Assembly: GCA_963772815.1 (NCBI GenBank)
Contig: CAVYYV010000005.1
Span: forward strand, 318,626 to 382,625
Origin: an uncultured Acidimicrobiia bacterium
Lineage (GTDB): Bacteria > Actinomycetota > Acidimicrobiia > Spongiisociales > ZC4RG35
Direction of reading: 5' to 3'
Length of the DNA: 64,000 nt
Shown: in pieces, positions 1-9,006 of the stretch
How positions within the stretch are numbered: position 1 is the stretch's first letter
Layout of the letters: every line of letters starts with the position of its first letter
The notes under the pieces: model-generated
What the model was told of the DNA's origin: nothing
The model's input: only the letters and a program-made list of their open reading frames with translations
The model's database searches: none
Translations under genes and position numbers: made by a program

Positions 1-516
1 GTAGGCCTCGAGGAGCCTTCCCACCTCGGATTGCTCGGCCACGAACCGGTCTGCCTCCTCATCGGTGAGCCGTTCGGGCCCGAATTCCTGGTAGCAACGC
101 AAGAACGAGTCGGTCAGAGCGTTGTGAACCCAGGCCGAGAGGGCAGGGGCATCGGCCGAATACGGCAGGCCGCGATGAGAGAAACCGGCCACGACCCGAT
201 GCGCCCTTCGCACTTTGGCCACGGCTTCCTCCACCTCGGGGATGGCACCGAAAGTCGTGGCCGTGACGTAGGCGGACGTCCGAGCGAGCCGCCCGAGCGG
301 ATCCTCCCTGTAGCGGGAGTGCTGCTCGACTCCGGCCACCACCTCGGGGTGGGCGGATTGCACGAACAGGGCGCGAACCCCGCCGACGAAGGCGGCAACG
401 TCGCCGATCACTCGCCAACTGACCGAATCCGGCCCAAACAAGCCCGGATCTCCCTCGTAGCGCAGCGAATCGGCCAGCGGATAGGAGCCATGGGCGAAAG
501 GCCCGGTCGCTGCCAT
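1..516 (-). CDS. DUF2236 / MpaB-like oxygenase family protein, partial (C-terminus beyond window edge)
   Basis: Absent from ORF track because it runs off the edge. My minus-strand translation reads MAATGPFAHGSYPLADSLRYEGDPGLFGPDSVSWRVIGDVAAFVGGVRALFVQSAHPEVVAGVEQHSRYREDPLGRLARTSAYVTATTFG...AWVHNALTDSFLRCYQEFGPERLTDEEADRFVAEQSEVGRLLEAY. There is an in-frame stop just upstream of the ATG (~514-516); alternative GTG ~564. The GPDSVxWRV...GGxRALLxQxAHPxVAAGVxxHSxYRxDPxGRL pattern is what I recall for DUF2236/MpaB. Confidence 0.5.
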   Translation of the reverse strand, partial: MAATGPFAHGSYPLADSLRYEGDPGLFGPDSVSWRVIGDVAAFVGGVRALFVQSAHPEVVAGVEQHSRYREDPLGRLARTSAYVTATTFGAIPEVEEAVAKVRRAHRVVAGFSHRGLPYSADAPALSAWVHNALTDSFLRCYQEFGPERLTDEEADRFVAEQSEVGRLLEAY

Positions 517-603
517 GATCAGGCTCTCTCTGGCTTGCTCTACGGCTCGATCGACGATTCCCACTTCCCAAGTCTCTCACGGAATCAGTCGTTGTCGGAG
601 TTC

Positions 604-645
604 GGTCACGGCCGCGACCACACCTAAACTTTGAGTGACCGGTCA
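604..645. promoter_or_regulatory. Candidate operator palindromes upstream of thiolase: GGTCACGGCCGCGACC (near-palindrome) and the perfect 10-bp TGACCGGTCA
   Basis: Seen directly in sequence ~25-65 bp upstream of the ATG at 670, which has an AGGAG RBS. The track start at 631 is a TTG inside the palindrome and is probably not the real start. Confidence 0.3.
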
Positions 646-669
646 ACTTCGCAGTCAAGGAGCGCCGAC

Positions 670-1965
670 ATGGACGAAACAGGCAACGGGCGCCGAGTGG
701 CGATCGTGGACGGCCTCCGGACCCCTTTTGCCAAGTCCGGGACCGACCTGAAAGAGGTCAGCGCGCTGCGCCTGGCGTCCACGCTGGTGACCGAGCTGGT
801 GGTCCGCTCTGGCCTCGGCCCCCATCAGGTGGACCGTGTCATCTACGGTTCGGTGGTCCAGGACGTCGCCTCGCCCAACATCGCCCGCGAGATCGTGCTG
901 GCCACCCCCCTCCCGGATACAGTCGACGCCTATAGCGTCACGCGCGCCTGCGCCACCAGCACGCAGACCTTCGTCGACGGTGCCACGGCCATCCTGATGG
1001 GCGACGCCGAGATCGTGATCACCGGCGGCGCCGACTCGCTCTCCAAACCACCCGTGACCTTCTCGGACGAGTTCGTCGAGGTGATGATGGAGGCACAGTC
1101 GGCCCGAGACCTAACCGGCCGCCTGAAGGCATTCAGCAAGCTCCGCCCCCGAGACCTCGCACCAAATCCACCCGCGATCGCCGATCGCTCCACCGGGGAG
1201 ACGATGGGCGACAGCGCCGAGAAGATGGCCAAGGTGAACGGCATCAGCCGCCAAGCTCAGGATGCCTACGCCCTGGAATCGCATCGAAAGGCTGTCGAAG
1301 CCTGGGAGAAGGGCATCTACGACCAGGAAGTCATGCCTTTTCCGGTCCCACCTGCCTTCCGCCGTGTCGTCGAGCGCGACACCATCCCTCGCCCCGACAC
1401 CAGTCTGGAGAAGCTGTCGACCCTGCGGCCCGTGTTCGATCGCAAGTACGGCTCGGTCACGGCGGGCAACTCGTCCCCGCTCACCGACGGGGCATCGGCG
1501 TTGATCCTGATGGAAGAGGGCACCGCCCGCCGGCTCGGCTACGAGGCCAAGGCATTTCTCCGCTCCTACGCATTCGGGGCCGTCGACCCCAACTGGCAGC
1601 TACTGATCGGCCCTGCCCTAGTAACTCCTGTGGCGCTCGACCGGGCTGGAATGACGCTGGCCGACATCGATGTGGTGGACGTACACGAGGCGTTCGCCGC
1701 CCAGGTCCTCTCGGTTCGACAGGCCCTGGCCTCCCGCCAGTTCGCCCGGGACCATCTCGACCGTGACGAGGCGGTCGGCGAGATCCCCGACGACAAACTC
1801 AACCTGTACGGCGGGTCGATCAGCCTGGGCCACCCCTTTGCCGCCACCGGCGCCCGCCAGCTTCTCACCATGGCCAACGAGCTGGTTCGCCGGGATGCCG
1901 GGACCGCCCTGATCACCCAGTGCGCCGCCGGAGGGCTGGGCGCCGCCGTGATCCTGGAGAGGTGA
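670..1965 (+). CDS. fadA: acetyl-CoA C-acyltransferase (3-ketoacyl-CoA thiolase)
   Basis: ORF 631..1965. Protein RRVAIVDGLRTPFAKSG...SVTRACATS...GGADSLS...GNSSPLTDGASAL...CAAGGLGAAVILE is the thiolase fold with the catalytic Cys region. Start moved to ATG at 670 (M14 of the track ORF), preceded by AGGAG. Confidence 0.85.
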   Translation: MDETGNGRRVAIVDGLRTPFAKSGTDLKEVSALRLASTLVTELVVRSGLGPHQVDRVIYGSVVQDVASPNIAREIVLATPLPDTVDAYSVTRACATSTQTFVDGATAILMGDAEIVITGGADSLSKPPVTFSDEFVEVMMEAQSARDLTGRLKAFSKLRPRDLAPNPPAIADRSTGETMGDSAEKMAKVNGISRQAQDAYALESHRKAVEAWEKGIYDQEVMPFPVPPAFRRVVERDTIPRPDTSLEKLSTLRPVFDRKYGSVTAGNSSPLTDGASALILMEEGTARRLGYEAKAFLRSYAFGAVDPNWQLLIGPALVTPVALDRAGMTLADIDVVDVHEAFAAQVLSVRQALASRQFARDHLDRDEAVGEIPDDKLNLYGGSISLGHPFAATGARQLLTMANELVRRDAGTALITQCAAGGLGAAVILER

Positions 1966-1997
1966 GCACGGTGAGCATCCCCCAACCCGCCAACCCG

Positions 1998-2105
1998 CAA
2001 CCCAGGGTTCCAGGCGTCGCCCAGCGACGCTCAGGGCCCCAACTTCGCCAAGCACCGGCGACCCTGGCCCAACCCAGGGTTCCAGGCGTCGCCCAGCGAC
2101 GCTCA
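1998..2105. repeat. Two copies of a 36-bp direct repeat (CAACCCAGGGTTCCAGGCGTCGCCCAGCGACGCTCA) separated by a 36-bp spacer; each unit has an internal hairpin GCGTCGC-CCA-GCGACGC
   Basis: Read directly in the fadA-fadB intergenic region; copies at ~1998-2033 and ~2070-2105. Produces the repeated peptide QPRVPGVAQRRS in shadow ORF 1920..2177. Confidence 0.7.
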
Positions 2106-2173
2106 CAGCCCACGGTTCGGCCCACCAACCCGATGACAACTCCACGCCACCCGTTCCCACCCACCACCCGAGT

Positions 2174-4333
2174 ATGACTACCACCCACGACCTCCAGCTC
2201 ACCCACTTCCGACTCGACGTCGACGAGGGCCTGGCCACCGTCACCATCGACAAGCAGGGAGAGACGCTCAACACACTCGATCCATCCCTGATGGAGGACT
2301 TCACCACCCTCCTGGACCGTCTCGAGTCCGACCCCGACATTCGAGCGGTGGTTCTCGTCTCCGCAAAGGAGGACGGCTTCGTGGCCGGTGCCAACCTCCG
2401 CTGGATTGCCGAGCTGACCGATGCCGCCGCGGCCAGCGAGGCGATAGGTCAGGGACGGGTGATCTACGACCGCCTCGAGGCGCTCCACACTCAGCGAGCC
2501 AAGCCGGTGGTGGCTGCCATTCACGGTGCCTGTTTGGGCGGCGGAATGGAGCTGGCCCTGGCCTGCTCCCATCGCATCGTGACGGACCATCCCAAGACCC
2601 AGCTCGGTCAGCCTGAAGTACAGCTGGGCTTGATCCCGGCCGGGGGCGGGACCCAGCGACTCCCCGAGTTGATCGGAGTGGTCCCCGCTCTCGACCTGCT
2701 CCTGACCGGCAAGTCGGTACGGCCCAAGAAAGCTCTACGTCTGGGCCTGGCAGACGAGGTGGTGCCGGCGACCATTCTGGTCGGCATCGCCCGGGATCGG
2801 GCCCGGGCCGCGATTGGGGCGGCACCCGCCGACGACGGCGGTCTGCGCCAATGGTTGTCCGGCAGCGGCCTGCAGAAGCTGGCCCTGGAGACCAACCCGG
2901 TGGGTCTAGCCATCCTCTTCCGCCAGGCCCGCCAGAAGATGCTCTCCCAGACGCGCGGAAACTACCCGGCTCCACCCAAGATCCTCGAGGCGGTCCGGAT
3001 CGGAGTGCAGGAGGGTCGAGATGCCGGCCTGGAAGCCGAAGCCCGTTTCTTCGGTGAGCTGGTCACGTCCCCCGAGTCGCTGGCTCTCAGATCCGTATTC
3101 TTCGCCACCCGGTCCCAGCCCGACACGTCCGGCGCCCATGACGTCGTGCGAGTGGGGATCGTGGGCGGCGGTCTGATGGGAGCCGGCATCGCCACCGTGT
3201 CCAGCCAGAAGGCCGGGAGCCTGGTCCGAGTCAAGGAGGTCGACGAGGACGGGGTGGCCCGTGCCCTCGCCTACGTCTCCGAGGCCCTGCATTCGCGGGT
3301 GCAACGACATCGGATGAGCGAGTTCGAGGCCGAAAAGGCAATGCTGGCGGTGACCGGCACCACCAACTGGTCTGGCTTCCCGGCCGTCGACCTGGTCATC
3401 GAGGCCGTGTTCGAAGACCTGGAGCTGAAGAAGAACGTCCTCCGCGAGGTCGAGGGTGTGGTCGGCCCCGACACGGTGATCGCCTCCAACACCTCCTCGC
3501 TACCCATCACCTCCATCGCCGCCGCCTCTTCGCACCCGGAGAGAGTGGTGGGTATGCACTACTTCTCCCCGGTCGAGAAGATGCCTCTTCTGGAGGTCAT
3601 CGTCACCGACGACACGGCCGACTGGGTAGAAGCAACCGCCGTCGCCTACGGCTTACAGCAGGGCAAGACCGTCATCGTGGTGTCCGACGGCACCGGGTTC
3701 TACACCAGCCGCATCCTCGGTCCCTACTCGACGGAGGCATTTCGCTTGCTCTCCGAGGGAGCGACGGTCGAGGACATCGACGGCGCGGTTGAAGCCTGGG
3801 GATTCCCGGTCGGCCCGCTCCGGCTGGCCGACGAGGTGGGGATCGATGTGGGCGCCAAGATCGCCGTGATCCTCACCGATGCCTTCGGAGAGCGCATGAC
3901 GCCGCCGGCCGGAATGGGCGGCCTGACCGCATCCGGCCGCAAAGGCCGAAAGAACGGCAAGGGGTTCTACACCTACGAGAACGGCAAGCGCGGTGGCGTC
4001 GACGCGACCGTGTATGAGGATCTGGGGGTGGCGGCGACGGGAGGCATCGACCGCGCCGAGATCCAGGAGCGAGTCAGCCTGGCTCTCATCAACGAAGCTG
4101 CCCGCTGTCTGGAAGAGGGCATCCTGCACTCGGCCCGCGACGGCGACATCGGTGCGGTAATGGGCATCGGATTTCCCCCCTTCAGGGGTGGCCCGTTCTT
4201 CTGGATCGATCAGGTTGGAGCCGGCCAGGTCGTCGAGCGGCTGGAACGCCTGGCCGACCGGCACGGACCCCGCTTCGCCCCCGCCGAGATCCTGGTGGAG
4301 GCGGCCGCCTCGGGGCGGAAGTTCCGGGACTAG
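2174..4333 (+). CDS. fadB: fatty-acid oxidation multifunctional protein (enoyl-CoA hydratase/isomerase + 3-hydroxyacyl-CoA dehydrogenase)
   Basis: 719 aa. N-terminal crotonase-fold region (VVLVSAKEDGFVAGANL...AAIHGACLGGGMELALAC). Central NAD-binding region VGIVGGGLMGAGIA with 3-hydroxyacyl-CoA dehydrogenase-type C-terminus. Follows the thiolase as in actinobacterial fadA-fadB. Confidence 0.88.
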   Translation: MTTTHDLQLTHFRLDVDEGLATVTIDKQGETLNTLDPSLMEDFTTLLDRLESDPDIRAVVLVSAKEDGFVAGANLRWIAELTDAAAASEAIGQGRVIYDRLEALHTQRAKPVVAAIHGACLGGGMELALACSHRIVTDHPKTQLGQPEVQLGLIPAGGGTQRLPELIGVVPALDLLLTGKSVRPKKALRLGLADEVVPATILVGIARDRARAAIGAAPADDGGLRQWLSGSGLQKLALETNPVGLAILFRQARQKMLSQTRGNYPAPPKILEAVRIGVQEGRDAGLEAEARFFGELVTSPESLALRSVFFATRSQPDTSGAHDVVRVGIVGGGLMGAGIATVSSQKAGSLVRVKEVDEDGVARALAYVSEALHSRVQRHRMSEFEAEKAMLAVTGTTNWSGFPAVDLVIEAVFEDLELKKNVLREVEGVVGPDTVIASNTSSLPITSIAAASSHPERVVGMHYFSPVEKMPLLEVIVTDDTADWVEATAVAYGLQQGKTVIVVSDGTGFYTSRILGPYSTEAFRLLSEGATVEDIDGAVEAWGFPVGPLRLADEVGIDVGAKIAVILTDAFGERMTPPAGMGGLTASGRKGRKNGKGFYTYENGKRGGVDATVYEDLGVAATGGIDRAEIQERVSLALINEAARCLEEGILHSARDGDIGAVMGIGFPPFRGGPFFWIDQVGAGQVVERLERLADRHGPRFAPAEILVEAAASGRKFRD

Positions 4334-4412
4334 CGGGGCCGAAGCCTGACGCCTCGGCTTCACCCGACCCCTGCGGGGTCGCCCCCTACCCCGCAGCCTC
4401 CGGCTGCGGGGA

Positions 4413-4546
4413 CCCTTCCCCCTCTCGCTTTGCTCGTGGGGGACAAAGGTCCCTGCCGGCGGAGCGTAAGCCGGACCGTGCACTCACCGCTGGAATTCGC
4501 CCCCTTCCCCCTCTCGCTTTGCTCGTGGGGGACAAAGGTCCCTGCG
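4413..4546. repeat. Two direct copies (~4413-4457 and ~4502-4546) of the element CCCTTCCCCCTCTCGCTTTGCTCGTGGGGGACAAAGGTCCCTGC in the convergent fadB / ABC-exporter intergenic region; third related copy at 27827-27916
   Basis: Exact 44-bp duplication read in sequence, with an internal GGGAC-AAAG-GTCCC hairpin. Copy 1 continues GTCCCTGCCGGCGGAGCGTAAGCCGGA, which is also conserved in the 27.8-kb copy. Confidence 0.7.
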
Positions 4547-4569
4547 GGAGGTCGGGGGGAGTGCCTGGA

Positions 4570-6558
4570 CTAACCGGCTGCCACGGCCGGGCCCGGCTCC
4601 GGTCCGCCGCTGAACTGAGACTGGTAGAGCTCGGCGTAGGCCCCACCGGCCGTGAGGAGCCCGTCGTGAGTGCCTTGCTCGACGATCTGGCCGTCATCCA
4701 TCACCAGGATCAGGTCGGCGTCGCGGATGGTGGAGAGTCGGTGGGCGATGACGAAACTGGTGCGCTCACTGCGCAGGGCGGTCATCGCATGCTGCAACAG
4801 TGCCTCGGTCCGCGTGTCCACCGAGCTGGTGGCCTCGTCCAGGATCAGCAAAGCAGGGTTGGCCAGGAAAGCCCGAGCGATGGTGATGAGCTGTTTCTCG
4901 CCCGTGCTGACGTTGTCACCCTCGTCGTCGATCACGGTGTCGTAACCCTCGGGAAGGCTGTGCACGAACCGATCGACGAACGTGGCTCGGGCGGCCTCCA
5001 GGATCTCCTCGTCGGTGGCGTCGGGCCGACCGTAGGCGATGTTGTCACGAATGGATCCCTTGAAGAGCCAGGTGTCTTGGAGAACCATCCCCACCCGGGA
5101 CCGAAGATCGCTTCGCTTCACCCGGGAGATGTCGACCCCATCCAGCGTGATCTGCCCCCCGTCGAGGTCGTAGAAGCGCATGATCAGGTTGACCAGGGTG
5201 GTCTTGCCTGCGCCGGTGTGGCCCACGATGGCCACCATCTGGCCCGGCTCCACCGTCAGCGACACATCCTCGATCAAGGATTGCTCCAGGTCGTAGCTGA
5301 ACGAGACGTCCTCGAACGCAACCCTCCCCGCGCCACCATCGACCAGCGACCCGGCTTCCTCGTCGGACGGCTCCTCCTCGGCATCGAGCAGCTCGAACAC
5401 ACGCTCAGCTGAAGCCACGCCCGACTGGAGCAGGTTGAGCATCGAGGCCACCTGCGTAACCGGCTGGGAGAACTGGCGCGAGTACTGGATAAATGCCTGG
5501 ACATCGCCCAGGCTCATGGTGCCACTCGCCACCCTCAACCCTCCGATCACTGCTATCAGGACGTAGTTGAGATTCCCAATGAACATCATGATGGGCATGA
5601 TCAGCCCGGACAGGAACTGGGCCTTGAAGCTGGCCTGGTACAACTCCTCGTTGTCGACCTCGAAGGACTCCTGAACCTCGCGGTGGCGGCCGAACACCCT
5701 GACCAGCGCGTGACCGGTATAGGTCTCCTCGATCTTCGAGTTGAGAGTCCCGGTGCGCCGCCACTGGGTAATGAACTCGCTCTGGGAGCGGCGCATCACG
5801 AGGCCCGCTACGAATATCGTCACCGGGATGGTGATGAGGGCGATCAGGGCCAGGGTGGGTGAGATCCAGAACATCATCGCCACCACGAACAGCACGGTCA
5901 GCACCGACGACAGCATCTGGCTCATCGTCTGCTGGAGGCTCTGTGAGACGTTGTCGATGTCGTTGGTGACCCGGCTCAGCAGCTCGCCCCGCGGCTGGCG
6001 GTCGAAATAGCGCAGCGGCAGGCGGTTGAGCTTGTCCTCCACCTGGGCCCGCATGTCCAGGATCGTGGCCTGGACGACGTCATTGAGCACGTAGCCCTGG
6101 AGGTATCGCAGCAGCGAGGAGCCCAGGTACAGGGCGAGCACGATCAGCAACACGCGGCCCACGGCCCCGAAGTCGATGCCCCGGCCGGGCACCAGGTCGA
6201 TGCCCCTCAGCAGGTCGGCGATCTGGCTCTGGCCCCGGGCGATGGCGGCCTGAATGACCTGGTCCTTGGTCATTCCGGCCGGGAGGTTCTTGCCGATTGC
6301 CCCGGCGAAGATCAGATCGGTCGCCCGCCCCAGCACCTTGGGGCCGATGGCGGTGAGGGCCACACCGACGACGCCGGCCACCAGCACCACCGTCACTCTG
6401 ATTCGCTGTGGGCGCAAGTATCCCAGCAGCCGCCGCCCAGAAGTTCGGAAGTCGAGCGCCTTCTGGCCCACCATGCCTCCGCCGAAGGGGCCGTGCCGGC
6501 CCGGGCCGCCCTGGCCCTGGATTCGCTCCGTGGTCTTCATGGTGCGGGGAGCGGTCAT
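4570..6558 (-). CDS. ABC transporter, fused permease/ATP-binding exporter half-transporter
   Basis: ORF 4570..7065 is a read-through. Real start is the internal ATG (M170, MTAPRTMKTTERIQ...) at ~6558, overlapping the upstream gene's stop as ATGA. Six-TM exporter domain followed by Walker A GHTGAGKTT, signature LSGGQRQR-type region and Walker B ILDEATS. Confidence 0.8.
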   Translation of the reverse strand: MTAPRTMKTTERIQGQGGPGRHGPFGGGMVGQKALDFRTSGRRLLGYLRPQRIRVTVVLVAGVVGVALTAIGPKVLGRATDLIFAGAIGKNLPAGMTKDQVIQAAIARGQSQIADLLRGIDLVPGRGIDFGAVGRVLLIVLALYLGSSLLRYLQGYVLNDVVQATILDMRAQVEDKLNRLPLRYFDRQPRGELLSRVTNDIDNVSQSLQQTMSQMLSSVLTVLFVVAMMFWISPTLALIALITIPVTIFVAGLVMRRSQSEFITQWRRTGTLNSKIEETYTGHALVRVFGRHREVQESFEVDNEELYQASFKAQFLSGLIMPIMMFIGNLNYVLIAVIGGLRVASGTMSLGDVQAFIQYSRQFSQPVTQVASMLNLLQSGVASAERVFELLDAEEEPSDEEAGSLVDGGAGRVAFEDVSFSYDLEQSLIEDVSLTVEPGQMVAIVGHTGAGKTTLVNLIMRFYDLDGGQITLDGVDISRVKRSDLRSRVGMVLQDTWLFKGSIRDNIAYGRPDATDEEILEAARATFVDRFVHSLPEGYDTVIDDEGDNVSTGEKQLITIARAFLANPALLILDEATSSVDTRTEALLQHAMTALRSERTSFVIAHRLSTIRDADLILVMDDGQIVEQGTHDGLLTAGGAYAELYQSQFSGGPEPGPAVAAG

Positions 6559-8286
6559 GACGCCGCCACCCTGAGCTGGGACTCGACGATCTCGACGTAG
6601 GTGGGGCAGGTATCGAGCAGCTCGTGGTGAGTGCCCATTCCCACCACCAACCCGTCCTCCAGAACCACGATCCGGTCGGCATCCATGATGGTGGATACCC
6701 GCTGGGCCACCACGACCACGGTCGACTGAGCCGTCACCGGACGCAGGGCCCGCCGCAGTCGGGCATCGGTGGCCACGTCCAGGGCGGAGAACGAGTCGTC
6801 GAACAGGTACAGCTCGGGCCGGCGGATCAGGGCCCGGGCTATCGCCACCCGCTGGCGCTGGCCACCCGACAGCGTGGTCCCTTCCTGGGACACGGGGGCG
6901 TTGAGGCCCTCGGGCATGGCCTCCACGAAGTAGCGGGCCTGAGCGATCTCCAGCGCCTCCCACATCTCTTCTTCGGTGGCGTCGGGCTTGCCGTACGCGA
7001 GGTTGGAGGCGATGGTGCCCGAGAAGAGGAATGCCTTTTGAGGAACCAGTCCGATCTTGGCCCACAGCGCCTCGGGGTCGTACTCCCTCACGTCCACCCC
7101 GTCGACCAGCACGGCTCCTCCGGTGACATCGAACAAGCGCGGGATCAGGCTGACCAGCGTGGTCTTTCCGGCCCCGGTCGAGCCGATGATGGCGGTGGTC
7201 TCACCCGGGTCGGCGACAAAGCTGATGTCGCGTAGCACCGGGTAGCTGGCCCCCGGATACTTGAACTCCACCTGGCGCAGCTCCAACTCGACCGCGGGCT
7301 GCAGTCGTGGTGATGCCGGCGGTGGGAGGGACTACCGAAGACTCCGTGTCGAGCACCTCCCCGATGCGGTCGGCCGAGACCGAAGCGCGGGGAACCAGCA
7401 TGAACATGAAGGTGGACATCATCACTGCCATCAGGATCTGGATCAGATAGGACAAGTAGGCAACGACGGATCCGATCTGCATGGCCCCGGCCTCCACCCT
7501 GATCCCGCCGAACCACAAAACGGCGACGCTGGACAGGTTGAGGACCAGGAACACCGTTGGAAAGATCGCCGCCATCCAGCGGCCCACGGTGATGGCGACA
7601 TCGGTCAGCTCGCGATTGGCCAGACCGAACCGATCGGTCTCGAATGGCTCTCGGACGAAGGCCCGGATCACCCTGATCCCGGCGATCTGCTCGCGCAACA
7701 CCTGGTTGACCCGGTCTATGCGCCCCTGCATGAGGCGGAAAGCCGGCACCATGCGCGAGACGATCAGCCCTATGGCTCCTGCCAGCAGCGGGACCGCCAC
7801 TGCCACCAACCACGACAGCCCCACGTCCTCGCGCAGCGCCATGATCACGCCCCCAACCATCATCACGGGTGCCGGGATCAGCATGGTGAAGGTCATCAGG
7901 ACCAGCATCTGGACCTGCTGGGGATCGTTGGTGTTGCGGGTGATGAGCGACGGGGTTCCGAAGTGAGCCACCTCCCGGCCGGAGAAGTCCCCCACCGTCC
8001 GGAAGACGTCGAGCCGCAGGTCACGACCGAATGCCATGGCCGTGCGGGCCCCGAAGTAGACGGCAGTGATGGTGCAGGCCACCTGTAGAAGCGAGAAGGC
8101 CAGCATCCAGGCACCCACCCGGATGATGTAGTGGGTGTCGCCTGTGACGACACCGTTGTCGATGATGTCGGCATTGAGAGTGGGGAGATACAGGGCGGCC
8201 AGGGTGCCAATCAGCTGCAGCCCCACGATCAGCGAGATGACTCTCCGATAGGGTCGGAGATAACGCTTGAGGATCCGGACCAGCAT
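6555..8286 (-). pseudogene. ABC transporter permease/ATP-binding exporter, disrupted by a frameshift between the TMD (7201..8379 frame) and NBD (6555..7286 frame)
   Basis: The TMD ORF ends ...RIGEVLDTESSVVPP and then goes out of frame. The NBD ORF (ELRQVEFKYPGASYPVLRDISF..GSTGAGKTT...LSGGQRQR...LFDDSFSALD) is in another frame and opens only after a stop at ~7332. A 1-bp change in the CCCTCCC run at ~7322-7331 would fuse them as ...SSVVPPPPASPRLQPAVELELRQVEFKYPG. Start ATG ~8286 overlaps the tetR stop as ATGA. Confidence 0.7.
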
Positions 8287-8915
8287 CAGGCCCCACCCAC
8301 CCGAGTGGATTCGGCCACGCCAAACAGGAATATGTCGACCATCTCGGCGATCCCGAGATGCTGTTTGAGATCCGTCCACGAGATGCCCCGGGCAGAGACC
8401 AATCCGGCGAACACGGCCGCCGCCGTGGCCGGGGGAAGCCGGAGCCGATCGCTGTGGAGCTCGAAGAGGGTGGTGAGGGCGGCAGTTATGGAGGTGTTGG
8501 CGGCAGCCATGCGCGCCTGACCTTCGGCCATGTGCTCGGAGGAGATTGGGAGGGAACGAATCAGCGGAGCCAGGGAAAAGAAGACCTCGAGCCTCTCCAG
8601 CAGGATGCGAGCGGCTTCTGCCAGCTGAACCTCGATTGAGGCTCCGTCATGGATTTCCGACAATGCCCTGACCACCACGCCCGGGTCCATGGCCGTGGCC
8701 AACGCCGCCCGAATCAGGGCCGTCTTGTCTTCGAACACGCTGAAGATGGTTCCCTCGGCCACACCCGCGGCCTCGGCCATCTCCCGTGTGGTGACGGCCG
8801 ACCCGCGTCCGGCGAGCAGCGGGATCACCGCTTCGACGATGGCGCGGCGGCGCTCCTCGGGAGGAAGTGGATCTGCTCGGCTCACGGCGTGCACTCTAAC
8901 TGAGTGAGTACTCAC
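8286..8915 (-). CDS. TetR/AcrR family transcriptional regulator
   Basis: 209 aa. N-terminal HTH region (RRRAIVEAVIPLLAGRGSAVTTREMAEAAGVAEGTIFSVFEDKTAL) typical of TetR; stop overlaps the downstream ABC gene start. Called GTG start lies inside a palindrome; alternative GTGs at ~8894 and ~8885. Confidence 0.8.
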   Translation of the reverse strand: MSTHSVRVHAVSRADPLPPEERRRAIVEAVIPLLAGRGSAVTTREMAEAAGVAEGTIFSVFEDKTALIRAALATAMDPGVVVRALSEIHDGASIEVQLAEAARILLERLEVFFSLAPLIRSLPISSEHMAEGQARMAAANTSITAALTTLFELHSDRLRLPPATAAAVFAGLVSARGISWTDLKQHLGIAEMVDIFLFGVAESTRVGGA

Positions 8916-8917
8916 TC
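8902..8917. promoter_or_regulatory. Perfect 16-bp palindrome GAGTGAGTACTCACTC at the tetR start; candidate TetR operator
   Basis: Read directly. It overlaps the annotated tetR start codon region and is upstream of the tetR-ABC-ABC operon. Confidence 0.4.
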
Positions 8918-9006
8918 ACAAGTCCATTGGTCGAACCGGGATTCGGTCCTCTACCAATTGAATCATCTTTCGAGTGTTACGAACCTGTCTGTGCCCCCGC
9001 AGGTCG

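Noticed and set aside
1998-2105. Possible mini CRISPR array (36-bp repeat, 36-bp spacer, hairpin in repeat)
   Set aside because: Only two repeat units. It is embedded between fadA and fadB of a beta-oxidation operon. There are no cas genes or leader in the window. Treated as an intergenic structured repeat instead.
59-2975. Long Arg/Pro/Gly-rich ORFs on the opposite strand or in alternate frames of real genes (e.g. 59..658 -, 1618..2394 -, 1913..2590 -, 2301..2975 -; same pattern throughout the window such as 19284..20105 -, 22370..23023 -, 45836..46810 -)
   Set aside because: Typical GC-rich shadow ORFs. Low-complexity RGPA-rich translations overlapping genes whose other-strand products have clear conserved domains. 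Not reported as features.
4570-7065. 831-aa ORF suggesting a giant ABC protein; likewise 549-aa ORF 12708..14357 and 283-aa ORF 16732..17583
   Set aside because: The N-terminal portions are low-complexity read-through upstream of the true starts. The 831-aa ORF overlaps the C-terminus of the upstream ABC gene in another frame, with an ATGA junction at ~6558. Starts were re-assigned to internal Met/Val codons where conserved sequence begins.
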